From the NCBI GenBank assembly GCA_963828195.1, contig CAWHDT010000005.1:640001-704000 (forward strand): a stretch of DNA of 64,000 nt, read 5' to 3'. Positions 46,471-55,863 of this stretch are shown piece after piece. Position 1 is the stretch's first letter. Every line of letters starts with the position of its first letter. Made by a program: the position numbers and the translations under genes. Under the pieces are notes generated by a model. It did not search any database. It was not told where the DNA came from and was given only the letters and a program-made list of their open reading frames with translations. This stretch comes from Candidatus Bathyarchaeota archaeon. Its GTDB lineage: Archaea > Thermoproteota > Bathyarchaeia > Bathyarchaeales > Bathycorpusculaceae.

Positions 46471-47049
46471 TTAACCAACCATGCTGGACAAAACCTCATA
46501 AGTTTTTAGGCTGTCTTTTTTCTCAACCACCATTATAGTTTCAGTCCAGCATGAAATGAACTCAATAATGTTCACGTTCTGTTCCGCCAGCAACGTCGCA
46601 AGGAACGCGACAACTCCCGGAGTTAACTCTAATTCCTCGGGCGAATGAACGACAATCATGGTACAGTTGTCATGCTTAACAAGAGTGCTTATGCGTTCAG
46701 GCAAATCGCTCCTGTCCAAGAGGTAAACGAATTTATCCATTAAATCAACTTTCATGCCGGTTTTCGAATCAATTTCTTTACCTGTTATTATAACTGATTT
46801 TCGGTCATAAACGGCTATGCCGCTTCGCTTTAGCAGTTGAAGAACTTTTTCTTCTCTTTTCTGCTTATGTTTTTGCAGTTCTTCTGAATATCGCCGCAGG
46901 GCTGCTTTTATGGCACTTATGTCATCGGTTTCCAGGTCTTTTTGTATTTGTCTTGACAGCTCGCTCAGGTTAACTATGCCTTTTTCCAGTGCTTCAAGCA
47001 GGTACGGTTTGTTTCGCAGGTAGTTTCTTACGTTTTGAGCTATTGTCAT
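46471..47049 (-). CDS. HTH + ACT-like amino-acid-responsive regulator
   Basis: GIVNLSELSR..IKAALRR HTH; TPGVVA..NI.EFISCWTET ACT-like; divergent from argG. Confidence 0.7.
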   Translation of the reverse strand: MTIAQNVRNYLRNKPYLLEALEKGIVNLSELSRQIQKDLETDDISAIKAALRRYSEELQKHKQKREEKVLQLLKRSGIAVYDRKSVIITGKEIDSKTGMKVDLMDKFVYLLDRSDLPERISTLVKHDNCTMIVVHSPEELELTPGVVAFLATLLAEQNVNIIEFISCWTETIMVVEKKDSLKTYEVLSSMVG

Positions 47050-47175
47050 AATAGCTACTGATTGTATCAAATGGCACATTTAAATTTTATTAAGTAACAA
47101 AAAAGTCACAATGTTTAAAAATACAACATTGAAGGTTAGGGGAATAATTTACAGCAAAAATGGGGGAGTAGAAAA

Positions 47176-48399
47176 ATAGCCGAAAAAATCGTGTTAGCTT
47201 ACTCAGGCGGATTAGACACATCCGTCTTAATCAAGTACCTCCAAGAAAAATACAACACACAAGTAATAACTGTAACCGTAGATGTTGGACAACAAGAAGA
47301 CCTCAAAGCAGCCGAGGAAAAAGCCATAAAACTCGGCGTTTTCAAACATTACTCAATCGATGCAAAAGACGAATTTGCAAAAGACTACATTTTTCCCGCC
47401 ATAAAAGCCAACGCCCTCTACGAAGGGAAATATCCCATAAGCACAAGCCTGTCGCGCCCATTGATTGCCTCAAAGATGGTTGAAGTTGCCGAGAAAGAAG
47501 GCGCCACAGCCCTAGCTCACGGCTGCACAGGAAGAGGCAATGATCAGGTACGCTTTGACGTGACCCTTGGCTCCTTGGCACCGGACAAAAAAATTATTGC
47601 GCCCGTACGCGAATGGGGCATGACACGCGAAGAAGAAATCGCTTACGCAAAAACCAAAGGCATCCCCGTTTCCCACGCGGCTAAAAAGTACAGTATAGAC
47701 GCGAGCGTTTGGGGAAGAGCAATTGAATGCGGGCTGCTTGAAGACGCGAGCCAAGCGCCACCTGAAGACGCTTACGAATGGACTGTTTCAGCTGAAAAAG
47801 CGCCGAATACCCCTGAAATTGTCACTTTAAAATTTGAGGCTGGAGTGCCAGTAGCCGTTAACAATGAAAGCCTGAAGCCACTTGAACTTATAGAAAAAAT
47901 GAACAAAATCGCTGGCCAAAACGGTGTTGGACGTATAGACCATATTGAAGACCGTTTAGTTGGGATAAAATCAAGGGAAGTGTACGAGTGCCCAGCAGCT
48001 ACCGTAATTTTGGAAGCCCACAAGGACCTTGAAAAAATGGTCATGACGCGGCACCAAGTCCTTTTCAAGCAGCAAGTCAACGCAGAGTGGGTTTTCTTAG
48101 CTTACGCTGGTTTATGGGTTGACCCATTAAAAGATGACCTTGACGCTTTCATCAACAAATCCCAAGAAAACGTCACAGGCGAAGTTAAACTGAAACTCTA
48201 CAAGGGCGGCATGCAAGTTATCGGACGCTCCTCGCCAATGTCGCTTTACGATAAAAACCTTGCCAACTACAACATCAAAACGACGTTCAACCAGTCCTAT
48301 TCTAAAGGTTTCATTGAATTGTGGGGGCTACAAACCAGAATGTATAACGTTCTCAAAAAGAGAAGCGAAAAAGAGGCCCAGAAAACAAAGAACGCCTGA
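47176..48399 (+). CDS. argG: Argininosuccinate synthase
   Basis: LAYSGGLDTS, HGCTGRGNDQVRF, GIKSREVYE; probable ATA start at 47176. Confidence 0.96.
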   Translation: MAEKIVLAYSGGLDTSVLIKYLQEKYNTQVITVTVDVGQQEDLKAAEEKAIKLGVFKHYSIDAKDEFAKDYIFPAIKANALYEGKYPISTSLSRPLIASKMVEVAEKEGATALAHGCTGRGNDQVRFDVTLGSLAPDKKIIAPVREWGMTREEEIAYAKTKGIPVSHAAKKYSIDASVWGRAIECGLLEDASQAPPEDAYEWTVSAEKAPNTPEIVTLKFEAGVPVAVNNESLKPLELIEKMNKIAGQNGVGRIDHIEDRLVGIKSREVYECPAATVILEAHKDLEKMVMTRHQVLFKQQVNAEWVFLAYAGLWVDPLKDDLDAFINKSQENVTGEVKLKLYKGGMQVIGRSSPMSLYDKNLANYNIKTTFNQSYSKGFIELWGLQTRMYNVLKKRSEKEAQKTKNA

Positions 48400-48434
48400 A
48401 TAGTTAATATTAATGAGCAAACCGAGGGTGAATA

Positions 48435-49946
48435 GTGTCAAAAATATTGCATGGCGGACGGCTGTCCTCTGTAAGGGAAGACGTAGCTAAGTTTACTTCT
48501 TCAAGAAAAGATGACGACTGCTTAGCCGCCGCTGTAGTTGACATCAATAAAGCCCACGTAATTATGCTTATGGAACAGCAGATAATCCAGTGGCGAGACG
48601 GCGCAAAAATTCTTAAAGCGCTCTTGAAACAATCCAAAAGTAGGCTTGATCCTTCGGCTGAAGATGTTCACATGGCCGTAGAAGAGGGGGTTCTTCAAGA
48701 AACTGGACCTGAAGTTGGCGGCAACTTGCACATCGCAAAAAGCAGAAATGACCAAGTCACAACTGCCATCCGCATGCAACTCAGAAATGAACTTGTTTAC
48801 TTGATGCTTAAGGTTTTGGAGCTGCAGCAACGCCTCATAGAAACAGCCAGCAAACACGTTAGCACGGTCATTTTGGAATATACTCATCTGCAGCCGGCGC
48901 AGCCTGTCACATTTGCACATTATTTACTTTCGCATGTTCAAGGGTTAAACCGCGATTTGGAGAGACTTCAGGGCGCTTACGGACGGGTTAATCTATGCCC
49001 TCTGGGCTCGGGAGCATTAGCTACAACAAGTTTCCCGATAAACCGCAAAAGAACCGCAGAGCTTTTAGGTTTTAAAGAAGTTTTGGAGAATTCGATCGAT
49101 GCAGTTGGCAGCCGAGACTTCATACTTGAAACTCAAGCCGCGTTAACTTTGCTTGCAGTAAATTTAAGTCGCTTTGCTGAGGATTTGATAATTTGGAGTT
49201 CACAAGAGTTTGGCACAGTTGAGTTGCCAGACGATTTCACCTCAACAAGCAGTATAATGCCGCAAAAAAAGAATCCTGAAGTGCTTGAAGTCATCCGTGC
49301 AAGAGCCAGCTACGCGCTCGGCGATTTTGTCGCTTCAGCTGCTGCCCTGAAGAGTTTGCCGTCAACCTATAATCTTGATTTCCAAGAGGTAACGCCGAAA
49401 CTTTGGGCAACAACAAACAACTTAGGCAACTCGTTAAGCATATTGACAGAGCTAATGCCCAACTTGAAAGTGTCAACAAACGTTGAAAGCAAAGCTGAAT
49501 CAGGCTTTGTTGGCGCAACTGAACTTGCCAACATGCTTGTACGCAAATACACTATTGCTTTCCGAACCTCACATAAAATAGTTGGTGCCCTTGTTAAGTT
49601 GCTAATCGATTCAAAGCAAACTTTAGCGGATGCTACTCCTGAACTGCTGCAAGAGGTAGCTCAGCAGGCGGTCGGCGTCAAATTAGTAGTTAAGAAAGAG
49701 GATATGGTTGAATGCACAAATCTACGCAAAATAATCGAAACATATAAAGTGCAAGGTGGTCCTTCACCCGTCGAGGTTGAAAGAGCCATAGCAACACTAA
49801 AAAAGAAGATGATGACTTTCAAAAACAATGTAGTTGAACTCAAACGGAACGTCGTTGACGCAGAAAGCACCCTTAACGCAATTGCAGGATCTTACTCTCT
49901 TTCGAATTCTCCAGTAAACGTAAGACTTAAAAATCCAGACTTATAG
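48435..49946 (+). CDS. argH: Argininosuccinate lyase
   Basis: SRNDQV, YTHLQPAQP, SSIMPQKKNP. Confidence 0.96.
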   Translation: MSKILHGGRLSSVREDVAKFTSSRKDDDCLAAAVVDINKAHVIMLMEQQIIQWRDGAKILKALLKQSKSRLDPSAEDVHMAVEEGVLQETGPEVGGNLHIAKSRNDQVTTAIRMQLRNELVYLMLKVLELQQRLIETASKHVSTVILEYTHLQPAQPVTFAHYLLSHVQGLNRDLERLQGAYGRVNLCPLGSGALATTSFPINRKRTAELLGFKEVLENSIDAVGSRDFILETQAALTLLAVNLSRFAEDLIIWSSQEFGTVELPDDFTSTSSIMPQKKNPEVLEVIRARASYALGDFVASAAALKSLPSTYNLDFQEVTPKLWATTNNLGNSLSILTELMPNLKVSTNVESKAESGFVGATELANMLVRKYTIAFRTSHKIVGALVKLLIDSKQTLADATPELLQEVAQQAVGVKLVVKKEDMVECTNLRKIIETYKVQGGPSPVEVERAIATLKKKMMTFKNNVVELKRNVVDAESTLNAIAGSYSLSNSPVNVRLKNPDL

Positions 49947-49959
49947 GTAGAATAGGGCT

Positions 49960-51105
49960 TTGGTCCCACAACATAGCACGTCCAACAAAAATAAAAAAGC
50001 GATTCTGCTTCTTGAAGACGGAACGTCATTTATCGGTAACGGTTTTGGGACAACAGGAAAAATCAGCGGCGAAGTGGTATTTTCAACCCAGATGGTTGGT
50101 TATCCCGAAGCCCTTACCGACCCATCGTATAAAGGTCAGATTTTAACTTTAACTTATCCGCTTATAGGCAACTACGGCGTTCCTTCAAACGAGATAAACT
50201 TGGGGCTTCCGCTTTACTTCGAGTCAGATCACATCCAAGTACAAGGCTTGGTGATTCATGAGTTATGCCAAGAACCCTTCCATTGGGCTTCAACAAGAAC
50301 TCTGGACAAATGGCTGCTTGATGAAGGTGTCCCAGGAATCTACGGTGTTGACACCAGACGTTTAACCAAGAAGCTTAGAACTCACGGTGTCATGCTTGGA
50401 ATTTTAGAGGTCTTTGAGGCTGGCGAAGAACCTGATTTGGACGCACTCCTAAAAATGGGCAAAGAAATTGCTGACCCTAACACGACTGATTTAGTCAAGG
50501 AAGTGTCAGTGAAACTGCCTGTTAAATATAGCGTGGACGGCAAAAAAACCGTTGTTCTGCTTGACTGCGGAGCCAAATACAGCATTATCCGCAACCTGCT
50601 TAAACGAGGCATAAACGTTATACGCGTTCCCTACGACACTTCAGCCAGCGAAGTGATGGCTTACCATCCTGACGGAGTCTTCTTGAGCAACGGTCCAGGC
50701 GACCCAAAGAAATGCGTGAAAACAATCGAGTGCGTGCGCGAAGTAGTTGATAAGGTTCCATTTATGGGCATATGCCTTGGCGCTCAAATACTGGCGCTGG
50801 CGTTAGGTGGAGATACGTACAAGTTAAAGTTTGGTCACCGAGCCCAAAACCAGCCCGCCCTCGACCTGATAAACCGCCGCTGCTACATTACAACTCAGAA
50901 TCACGGTTACGCAGTAGACATAGAATCTTTAAAGAAAACCCCCTTGGAAACTTGGTTCATAAACCCAAACGATAAAACCACTGAAGGCATCAAGCACAAA
51001 AACAAACCTGTTTTTGCGGTACAGTGGCATCCAGAAGCCTCTCCGGGACCCTACGATACGGAGTTGCTGTTTGACAAGTTTTCAAAGATGCTGGAGGTCA
51101 CTTAA
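49960..51105 (+). CDS. carA: Carbamoyl-phosphate synthase small subunit
   Basis: TDPSY.GQ, SNGPGDP, GICLG, QWHPE. Confidence 0.96.
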   Translation: MVPQHSTSNKNKKAILLLEDGTSFIGNGFGTTGKISGEVVFSTQMVGYPEALTDPSYKGQILTLTYPLIGNYGVPSNEINLGLPLYFESDHIQVQGLVIHELCQEPFHWASTRTLDKWLLDEGVPGIYGVDTRRLTKKLRTHGVMLGILEVFEAGEEPDLDALLKMGKEIADPNTTDLVKEVSVKLPVKYSVDGKKTVVLLDCGAKYSIIRNLLKRGINVIRVPYDTSASEVMAYHPDGVFLSNGPGDPKKCVKTIECVREVVDKVPFMGICLGAQILALALGGDTYKLKFGHRAQNQPALDLINRRCYITTQNHGYAVDIESLKKTPLETWFINPNDKTTEGIKHKNKPVFAVQWHPEASPGPYDTELLFDKFSKMLEVT

Positions 51106-51107
51106 CC

Positions 51108-54100
51108 ATGCCGAAGTTTGACTGGATAAAGAAAGTGCTGGTTCTCGGAAGCGGCGCCATAAAAATCGGTGAAGCAGCTGAATTTGACTACTCAGGAAGC
51201 CAATGTCTTAAGGCTCTGCGGGAAGAAGGCATAGAGACCGTCTTGGTTAATCCTAACATAGCCACTATTCAGACGGATCCGCGTTTATCTGGAAAAGTGT
51301 ATCTTCTCCCAGTCACACCTGAATATGTCGAAAAAGTTATAGAAAAAGAACGCCCCGACGGTATCCTCTTGGGGTTCGGCGGACAAACCGCGTTGAATTG
51401 CGGTCTTGAACTGGAGAAAAAAGGCATCCTGCAGAAATATAACGTTAAAGTTTTAGGTACTCCTGTCCACGCGATAGAGGACACCGGCGACCGAGAACGT
51501 TTTCGTCAAGCGATGCTTAAAGCAGGTGTTCCTCCGCTAAACAGCAAATCAGCAACCAGTGTAAAAGCCGCTTTGGAAGTGGCGGATGAAATTGGGTATC
51601 CAGTCATAATCAGGGTTGCCTTCACTCTCGGCGGCAAAGGTGCAGGCGTCGCTCATACTCCTGAAGAATTAAAGGATTTGGCAACTGTCGGTTTAGCCCA
51701 AAGCCGAATAAGCCAAATCCTCGTTGAAGAGTACGTTGGGCACTGGAAAGAAGTTGAATACGAAGTTATGCGGGACTACGCAGACAACTGCTTAACCGTC
51801 TGCAACATGGAAAACTTCGACCCCATGGGCGTCCACACTGGGGATTCAATAGTTGTAGCTCCCTCGCAAACAATGTCCAATCGCGAGTACCACCTTATCC
51901 GCTCAACTTCAATAAACGCCATACGCAGCTTAGGCATCGTGGGCGAATGCAACATTCAATGGGCGTTGAATACCAAATCTGAAGAGCACCGTGTAATCGA
52001 AGTTAACTCACGCATGTCCAGAAGCTCCGCCTTAGCAAGCAAAGTAACGGGGTACCCATTAGCATACATAGCCACAAAACTGACCTTGGGGTATTTGCTG
52101 CCGGAACTCATAAACAAAGTAACTGAAGTCACTACAGCTTGCTTTGAACCAGCCTTAGATTACATAACGGTGAAAATTCCCAGATGGGACCTGCAGAAAT
52201 TTAAGAATGCTGACCGACATGTTGGTCCACAGATGCGAAGCGTCGGCGAGGTGATGGCTATTGGCCGCTGTTTTGAAGAGGCACTGCAGAAAGCTGTGCG
52301 CATGTTGGACACTGGCAAGATAGGCTTAGTTTGCAACCCTGAAGATTCAGAGCCCGAAACTGAAGCGAAAATACGTGATGAACTTGCAAACCCTACGGAT
52401 GAGAGACTCTACAAGATTGTTAAAGCATTAAAAATGGGTATTCCCATAATGGAAATTTATCGTTTAAGTGGTGTTGACCCATTCTTCCTCTACAAAATTC
52501 AAAATATCATCAATATGGAAGAGGTGCTTCGCCAGCTCAATCTTGCAGATCGCTCGGCAGCAGAAGTCATTCGGGAAGCTAAACGTATAGGCTTTTCTGA
52601 TAAGCAAATTGCCAAGTGCCAATGCTCTGACGAATCCGCGATTCGAGCCTATAGGAAAACCGCAAATATTCTTCCAGTTGTCAAGCAGATTGATACTTTA
52701 GCTGCAGAGTGGCCAGCTAAAACCAACTATCTCTACCTGACTTACGGGGGAGACGAAGACGACATTGAATTAAAAAGCGGCATAAGCAAAGTTATCGTTT
52801 TGGGCGCAGGCGTCTTCAGAATAGGCTCCAGCGTAGAGTTTGACTGGTGCGGCGTCAACACCATTTGGGCGCTCAAAAAGAACGGCATTCAAGAAGCCAT
52901 AATGGTTAATTACAATCCAGAAACAGTCTCCACAGACTACGATGTCTCCGACAAACTGTATTTTGAGGAGCTTTCAACAGAACGAATCCTCGATATCTAT
53001 GAAAAAGAAAACCCCTTAGGCGTCATAACCAGCGTCGGCGGCCAAATCCCAAACAACATAGCTATGAAACTCTCCAACTTAGGAGTTAAACTGCTGGGCA
53101 CTTCAGCTGAAAACGTTGATTTAGCGGAAGACCGCTCAAAATTCAGCGCGCTATTAGATCAACTGCAGATTTCTCAGCCAAGCTGGAGCAAACTCCTCTC
53201 CATCAACGAGGCAAAACGGTTCGCCGAGAAAATCGGTTACCCCGTCATTGTGCGTCCAAGCTACGTGCTCTCCGGTTCAGCTATGCGGGTTGCCTATGAT
53301 GAAACGTCACTGGAGAATTTTCTCAAGTTAGCCGCGAAGGTTTCACCTGACCACCCAGTTGTTATCAGCAAATTCATAAATCAAGCCAAAGAAGTTGAAG
53401 TTGACGGCGTCTCAGACGGGGAAAACGTGTTAATCGGCGCCATAATGGAGCATGTTGAAAACGCGGGTGTCCACAGCGGCGACGCAACCATGACTATCCC
53501 GCCTCAAGCCTTAAAGGTTGAAGTTCAGAAGAAAATTGAGGATTGCACGTACAGCATAGTTAAAGCGCTCAACATTCATGGCCCCTTCAATATCCAGTAC
53601 CTTGTCAAAGACGACGTAGTCAACGTCATCGAATGTAACCTGCGCGCTTCACGTTCAATGCCGTTTGTAAGTAAAACACGGGGAATAAACCTCATCGAAC
53701 TCGCGACACTGGCGATGCTGGGCAAGAAAATCGACGGCGTTAAACTTTCCCCGATGACCATTGCTCCCCACGTCGGCGTTAAGGTTCCACAGTTCAGTTT
53801 CATGCGTTTAAGCGGCGCCGACCCTGTTCTCGGAGTAGAAATGCTCAGCACAGGCGAGGTTGCGTGTTTGGGCGAAAATTTCTCCGATGCCTTCTCCAAG
53901 GCTCTGCAGTCCGCAGAATTTAACATTCCAGCCAAAGACGGTGCAATTTTCATAAGTGTGGGCGGCAGCGAAGAACGTAAAAAGCGGGTTGTGCCGATAG
54001 CCAGGGCTTTTGCTAATATGGGTTTTAAAATCTACGCCACAAAGCATACAGCTAACGTTCTCAACGAGGCAGGTGTTAACGCTGCGGTGCTCTACAAAGC

Positions 54101-54383
54101 CCGAGAGGCTGAAGCTAACCCTAACATTATGGATTACCTGCAGGAACGTAAAATCGACTTAGTAATCAACGTGCCTATGGCTAATCGGCAAAACAGTTTC
54201 TCAGACATCTTAACCGACGGCTACATAATCAGGCGCCAAGCAGTAGAATTCAACGTGCCAGTCATAACGAACCTGCAGTTAGCCGCCGCGCTTGTGGAAG
54301 TGCTAAAGCAGAAGGGACAAAACGGCAACTCCATCCGCTCCTTAAACGAATACATGGACGACTTACCCTGGAAACTCTGGTAG
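51108..54383 (+). CDS. carB: Carbamoyl-phosphate synthase large subunit
   Basis: GSGAIKIG..EFDYSG, two ATP-grasp halves, MGS domain. Confidence 0.97.
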   Translation: MPKFDWIKKVLVLGSGAIKIGEAAEFDYSGSQCLKALREEGIETVLVNPNIATIQTDPRLSGKVYLLPVTPEYVEKVIEKERPDGILLGFGGQTALNCGLELEKKGILQKYNVKVLGTPVHAIEDTGDRERFRQAMLKAGVPPLNSKSATSVKAALEVADEIGYPVIIRVAFTLGGKGAGVAHTPEELKDLATVGLAQSRISQILVEEYVGHWKEVEYEVMRDYADNCLTVCNMENFDPMGVHTGDSIVVAPSQTMSNREYHLIRSTSINAIRSLGIVGECNIQWALNTKSEEHRVIEVNSRMSRSSALASKVTGYPLAYIATKLTLGYLLPELINKVTEVTTACFEPALDYITVKIPRWDLQKFKNADRHVGPQMRSVGEVMAIGRCFEEALQKAVRMLDTGKIGLVCNPEDSEPETEAKIRDELANPTDERLYKIVKALKMGIPIMEIYRLSGVDPFFLYKIQNIINMEEVLRQLNLADRSAAEVIREAKRIGFSDKQIAKCQCSDESAIRAYRKTANILPVVKQIDTLAAEWPAKTNYLYLTYGGDEDDIELKSGISKVIVLGAGVFRIGSSVEFDWCGVNTIWALKKNGIQEAIMVNYNPETVSTDYDVSDKLYFEELSTERILDIYEKENPLGVITSVGGQIPNNIAMKLSNLGVKLLGTSAENVDLAEDRSKFSALLDQLQISQPSWSKLLSINEAKRFAEKIGYPVIVRPSYVLSGSAMRVAYDETSLENFLKLAAKVSPDHPVVISKFINQAKEVEVDGVSDGENVLIGAIMEHVENAGVHSGDATMTIPPQALKVEVQKKIEDCTYSIVKALNIHGPFNIQYLVKDDVVNVIECNLRASRSMPFVSKTRGINLIELATLAMLGKKIDGVKLSPMTIAPHVGVKVPQFSFMRLSGADPVLGVEMLSTGEVACLGENFSDAFSKALQSAEFNIPAKDGAIFISVGGSEERKKRVVPIARAFANMGFKIYATKHTANVLNEAGVNAAVLYKAREAEANPNIMDYLQERKIDLVINVPMANRQNSFSDILTDGYIIRRQAVEFNVPVITNLQLAAALVEVLKQKGQNGNSIRSLNEYMDDLPWKLW

Positions 54384-54387
54384 GTTC

Positions 54388-54533
54388 TTTCGCAGCGTTG
54401 ACAAAGTGGTTGGTTGCGCTTTTTTCTTTTTTGGAAGAAGAAAAATTAATTTTGTTTTTGGATGCGGTTGTGCCCGTTTGCTTTTTTGCGGCAAAGCTTA
54501 AATCGCTCGCAGGCTGCGTACTGAAAAGTACCA
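54388..54533 (+). repeat. 146-bp dispersed repeat, copy B
   Basis: Begins a few bp after the carB stop; contains T-tracts and GCTTAAAT TATA-like sequence; runs into the GTAC array. Confidence 0.92.
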
Positions 54534-54573
54534 GAAAGTACCCTTGCGTACCTGCGCATACCCAAAAGTACCC
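54518..54573 (+). repeat. 10-bp-phased GTAC(C) array (6 units)
   Basis: GTAC at 54518, 54528, 54538, 54548 and 54568; ATAC at 54558. Confidence 0.8.
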
Positions 54574-54591
54574 AGGTAAGAGAGGATAAAG

Positions 54592-54870
54592 TTGCCGCTA
54601 ACACAAAAAGTCACCTTCAGAACAATGCTGCAGAAGAAAAATCGGTTTCAAGTGCCAAAACTGGTCCGCTGGCAGTACAAGCTGGAGACCTCCGAAACCC
54701 TAAAAGTCCACGTAAGCGTCATCCGCCAGTTTGGATCGCACGAGAGTTTTTACGCTAAAATGCAGAAAAGCGGACGCATAACCATCCCAAAAATCACGCT
54801 AGCCCTGCCAAAAAATGACAAGCCCACCCTCGAAGGATACCCTATAGAAGTCACCTTGGAACCAGCGTAA
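54592..54870 (+). CDS. Tandem AbrB/SpoVT-like DNA-binding protein
   Basis: Two repeats: FRTMLQKKNRFQVPK and FYAKMQKSGRITIPK. Confidence 0.7.
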   Translation: MPLTQKVTFRTMLQKKNRFQVPKLVRWQYKLETSETLKVHVSVIRQFGSHESFYAKMQKSGRITIPKITLALPKNDKPTLEGYPIEVTLEPA

Positions 54871-54979
54871 ATTGCAGGTTACGCGCGCTTCCAATCAAAA
54901 AAGTGGGTAAACCATTTGGTCGCTTGGTTAACGCTGTCTTCTTGCGGAGAAACTCAACTGTCTTGGCTGCAGCGTCTAA

Positions 54980-55084
54980 TTATAAAATCACAACTATGGC
55001 AATAACCAAGACAATAACTACAACTGTGAGTATCTTATTTGCCTTTTCCAATCTTTTAACCGTATTTTCTAAGGAATTTTCCAT
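54980..55084 (-). CDS. 34-aa tail-anchored peptide (not in ORF track)
   Basis: MENSLENTVKRLEKANKILTVVVIVLVIAIVVIL; GGAG upstream. Confidence 0.5.
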   Translation of the reverse strand: MENSLENTVKRLEKANKILTVVVIVLVIAIVVIL

Positions 55085-55123
55085 TTTTCACGTCTCCATC
55101 CATTTAAAGATTTTCCGTCATTT

Positions 55124-55417
55124 TCAGAATAAGAAAATGATAACCAAGACAAGGAGCACTACCGATAAACCTACAGCTATGTAGCTTAACTGCTCGTTTC
55201 TTTTCAAAGCTTTTTCAAGCCTACTCGATAGTTGAGAATCGGAGTTTCCGCTTGACCATGAAGTGGAACCAGAATTTGAAGATTGACCAGATGAACTTGT
55301 TTGAGACTGAAAGGTATTAGACGCCTGAGGCTGAGTAGAAACTAGTGAACCTCCACATTTACCGCAGGCAATTGCGCCATCAGGAACGGTCGCGCCACAA
55401 TAAGGACAGGTAGGCAT
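55124..55417 (-). CDS. Zinc-ribbon protein with C-terminal TM anchor
   Basis: CPYCG..CGKCG, Ser-rich linker, RLEKA helix, TM tail. Confidence 0.7.
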   Translation of the reverse strand: MPTCPYCGATVPDGAIACGKCGGSLVSTQPQASNTFQSQTSSSGQSSNSGSTSWSSGNSDSQLSSRLEKALKRNEQLSYIAVGLSVVLLVLVIIFLF

Positions 55418-55648
55418 TCAAATCAACATCCATTACTAAACCAATTTACAACTGTGTTTCAACAACCAAGCGGTAATATATAAACAATACTTTCCGCGGT
55501 TTCGGGTAACTTCATCCGCAAGGGTTTTTTGTTAAAAGGCGCATAAACTCATTACGTGGTGACTTGGGATTGGATTGTTTTTTGCAGATGTCAGCGCAAC
55601 ATTCTAAGGGGAGATCTTCATTACGGTACATTACCGCACCTGATTGAC

Positions 55649-55774
55649 ATGGTCAAGTGTCCTAAATGTGGCAAAGACATTGCTGAACCCGATAAGTCAT
55701 TTAAAAACAGGATTTTTTCTGTTGAAACATACTCATGCAAGGAATGCGGAACCAAATTCAAAGTGACGGATTAA
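55649..55774 (+). CDS. 41-aa CPxCG Zn-finger protein (possibly Cren7-like)
   Basis: MVKCPKCGKDIAEPDKSF...YSCKECGTKF. Confidence 0.55.
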   Translation: MVKCPKCGKDIAEPDKSFKNRIFSVETYSCKECGTKFKVTD

Positions 55775-55863
55775 ACCAAAAGTTTTTAGATGCTTGGTTA
55801 CTTAACTTAAAATTATTTTTTTTTCGATTTACCATTTACTCCTTAAACCTTTAAAACGAAATT

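Noticed and set aside
54398-54589. Paired 63-aa MTKWL... ORFs (also 42402-42593)
   Set aside because: By-products of the T-rich 146-bp repeat; no coding evidence.
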